From NCBI GenBank assembly GCA_040389905.1, contig JAZJZK010000012.1:197537-261536 (forward strand): a stretch of DNA of 64,000 nucleotides, read 5' to 3'. The notes beneath the pieces are model-generated. The model had not been told where the DNA came from. It saw only the letters and a list, made by a program, of their open reading frames with translations, and searched no databases. Made by a program: the position numbers and the translations under genes. Below are positions 61,724-64,000 of the stretch, in pieces. This stretch comes from Gemmatimonadota bacterium (lineage in GTDB: Bacteria; Gemmatimonadota; Gemmatimonadetes; Gemmatimonadales; Gemmatimonadaceae). Each line of letters starts with the position of its first letter. The first letter of the stretch is position 1.

Positions 61724-63582
61724 GCGCAACAACTCAACTTTGAGATATCCGCGCCGATACCCTGTGCGGCAAGCTTCACGCTCTCGCCCCACGTCAAGTA
61801 CGGGTGCAAGGTTCCGGAGAGATCGCGGACGGTCAGTCCGAATCGTACCGCAAGTGCGGCCTCCCCCATGAGTTCGCCGGCGTTCGGCGCTACCGCATGC
61901 ACGCCGAGAATTTTTCCACTACCCGCCTCCGCCACGAGCTTCACCATCCCCCGTGTATTGCGGGCTACCAGCGCACGCGGGACTTGCGCCATATCGACCA
62001 CGCTTACGTCCACGTGGATGCCCGCAGCGCGGGCCGCTGCGTCGGTCAGCCCAACCGAGGCGACTTGTGGGTCCGCGAAGGTCACCCTCGGCACGACCGC
62101 AAGCTCTGCCTCACGAGGGGACTCGGTGGGTGTCCCGCTTGGCGAGATACTCCTTATCGCGTTCTCAGCGGCCACGCGGCCGCCGGCCGCCGCCACGTAA
62201 ACGTACGCCGGTCCACCTGTGACATCGCCCGCTGCGTAAATGTCGGGATGCGAAGTGCGCATGGTCGCGTCCACCTGCACATATCCGCGCGGCGACACCG
62301 CCACGCCAACACGCTCTAAACCGAGCTCCTGGATGTTCGGGCGCCGTCCAGTGGCTGCCAAAACGCGCTCCGCTCGGAGTTGACCCTCGAGACGGCCGTT
62401 GTGCACAGTTACGACGACGCCGCCTGCGTCGCGCTCAATGCCAGTGGCCTCGGTACCCTTGTGAACCTCGAGTCCTTCTGCCTCCAGCTCCGCGCGCAAC
62501 ACCTCGGTGATCGCAGGATCTTCGCCGGGAAGCAAGTGCGGCCCGCGCTGCACGATGGTGACCTGCACGCCAAAGCGGGCGAATGCCTGACCGAGCTCCA
62601 CACCCACCGGGCCACCACCCAGCACGATGAGCGACGTCGGAAGTTTTACGAGTGCCATCGCCGATGTGCTATCGAGCGCTTCGACGACGTCGAGACCTCG
62701 AATTGTTGGCAAGGCGGGGTTGGTGCCAGTGGCGATGATGACCTTCCTGGCCGTGTACTCGGTGACGCCAACGCGTACGCGAATACGCCCAACTGCACTC
62801 TCGAGTATCTCGGCTGTACCCTCGAGCCGCGTAATGCCGGGATAGCTTGCCAGCACGTCCGCATATTTTGCCTGACGCAGCTCGGTCACGAGCGCGTCCT
62901 TCGCCCGAACGACGGCCGTCCAGTCGAGCACTGGCTCGCACGGAACGATGCCGGGGAAGCCGCGGCGCGCGACATGGTAGTGTGCCGCTGCTTCGATCAA
63001 CGCCTTGCTCGGTATGCACCCCACATTGACGCAGGTTCCTCCGAGCGTTCCGCGCTCGACGATAGCACACGTAGCCCCCATGCCTGCCGCATGGATGGCT
63101 GCCGCGACGCCAGCACCTCCCGTTCCGAGGATGAGGAGATCAAACGCCACTTCGCCCGTTGAATGACGTGGCGATCCTTCCGCCCTCGCGGTCGCGCGGA
63201 CATCCGGTGCCCACGAGCGCGCATCTGTCACATCAGAAGGCGTTCCGATGGAGCCGCCCGCGCCCACTGTCACCGACCCTTCTTCGGTGCGCATTCCCAC
63301 GTCACTGACCGAGTCCGCAGCCGTGCTGCCACGTGGCTCGCTGATCAGCGCCTCGTATCCCGCTCGCTCAACGGCCTGCACCAGTGCGCGTTCCACTTCA
63401 GGCGTGTGCGCCACACCGGCGGCCAATTCCACCGCCGCGCGGGCGCCGCGATAATCCACGCGTGCGGTCACCACACCCGGCACGCGCTCGAGCGCGTCGC
63501 TGACGTGACTCGAACAATTCAGGCAGGTCATGCCCGCGACTGTCAGGTTCACGCTCAACGAGCCAGTAGCGGGAGACGTCAT
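61720..63582 (-). CDS. merA: mercuric reductase with N-terminal HMA domain
   Basis: GMTCLNC, GGTCVNVGCIPSK, HPYLT, terminal LSCCA. Confidence 0.96.
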   Translation of the reverse strand: MTSPATGSLSVNLTVAGMTCLNCSSHVSDALERVPGVVTARVDYRGARAAVELAAGVAHTPEVERALVQAVERAGYEALISEPRGSTAADSVSDVGMRTEEGSVTVGAGGSIGTPSDVTDARSWAPDVRATARAEGSPRHSTGEVAFDLLILGTGGAGVAAAIHAAGMGATCAIVERGTLGGTCVNVGCIPSKALIEAAAHYHVARRGFPGIVPCEPVLDWTAVVRAKDALVTELRQAKYADVLASYPGITRLEGTAEILESAVGRIRVRVGVTEYTARKVIIATGTNPALPTIRGLDVVEALDSTSAMALVKLPTSLIVLGGGPVGVELGQAFARFGVQVTIVQRGPHLLPGEDPAITEVLRAELEAEGLEVHKGTEATGIERDAGGVVVTVHNGRLEGQLRAERVLAATGRRPNIQELGLERVGVAVSPRGYVQVDATMRTSHPDIYAAGDVTGGPAYVYVAAAGGRVAAENAIRSISPSGTPTESPREAELAVVPRVTFADPQVASVGLTDAAARAAGIHVDVSVVDMAQVPRALVARNTRGMVKLVAEAGSGKILGVHAVAPNAGELMGEAALAVRFGLTVRDLSGTLHPYLTWGESVKLAAQGIGADISKLSCCA

Positions 63583-63588
63583 GCGTCT

Positions 63589-63658
63589 ATTCTATATACC
63601 ATCCGTGGTATTTGCAACACCGCAGGTTGACGCTTGTGGCAAATACCTACTGGGGTAT
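63589..63658 (-). promoter_or_regulatory. merA promoter with two CsoR-type operators
   Basis: minus strand TTGCAA(63617-63612)-17 bp-TAGAAT(63594-63589); ATACC-N6-GGTAT at 63596-63611 and 63643-63658. Confidence 0.8.
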
Positions 63659-63846
63659 GTCGTTCGCTTCTAGCGTAGGCCCGCCGAAGGCGCCGCGGCT
63701 CCCGACACGCAGCTTCGCGATAGGTCAGGCGGCGGAGCGCTGCGCCCATTTGCGTTGAGGGAGGGTACCTCCATTGGCTCGGTCCACGCGGGCACTGCAT
63801 CTTTGCAGAATTGTCATCGACGCGCTCTCACATCCCCAGGTGCCGA

Positions 63847-64000
63847 GTGGACTTACCGCGAAGCAGTCAGAAAGTCTGTGGCTGGGTGATCGTCGCGATC
63901 TCTGGTCTGCACGTCGCAGTGACGTTCGTGGACTACGATGCGCCTTCACTGCGCGCGTTGTGGTTTGTGGGTTCCGGTTTCGCGCTCCTTCTGATTGGAG
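63847..64000 (+). CDS. membrane protein, 5' partial (runs off window)
   Basis: open frame from GTG: ..GWVIVAISGLHVAVTF..ALWFVGSGFALLLIG. Confidence 0.45.
   Translation, partial: MDLPRSSQKVCGWVIVAISGLHVAVTFVDYDAPSLRALWFVGSGFALLLIG

Larger units (their letters stand above)
19336..64000. mobile_element. genomic island (defence and heavy-metal cargo) at tRNA-Pro; right end and integrase not in window
   Basis: starts at tRNA 3' end, arm-type repeats, only accessory genes to the window end. Confidence 0.7.

Noticed and set aside
19336..64000. Integrase, transposase or attR inside the window
   Set aside because: None recognised by eye, so the island's right boundary cannot be set.

Overview
GC-rich bacterial chromosome segment, probably Gemmatimonadota (inferred from gene style, not established). 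1-16 kb is mostly core genome: Ser/Thr kinase, ankyrin/ClpN protein, atpAGDC without atpH or Fo genes, four-helix-bundle protein, AraC-type regulator, NUDIX hydrolase, MlaF-like ABC ATPase, PEP-CTERM protein and a sigma70 factor, with several periodic palindromic intergenic elements. A tRNA cluster (Ala, Gly, Val, Arg, Pro) follows. The Arg-Pro pair is duplicated 2579 bp downstream, bracketing a 3-gene toxin-antitoxin-chaperone-like cassette. After the second tRNA-Pro come repeats resembling integrase arm sites and a genomic island running past the window end. Its 19.5-34.6 kb part is a defence-type region: CapH/CapP-like pair, Abi_C, Panacea TA, DUF4041, nuclease-like genes, and an operon of IrrE-macrodomain, kinase-fused PurZ-like synthetase and DarT-like ADP-ribosyltransferase, which is the best candidate for an undescribed system. 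34.7-64 kb is a heavy-metal region: copZ/copA/csoR, Csp, multicopper oxidase, copCD, BlaI/M56, TlpA/CcdA and merA-csoR-like-merC. Family assignments come from motifs read by eye; no database search was run.
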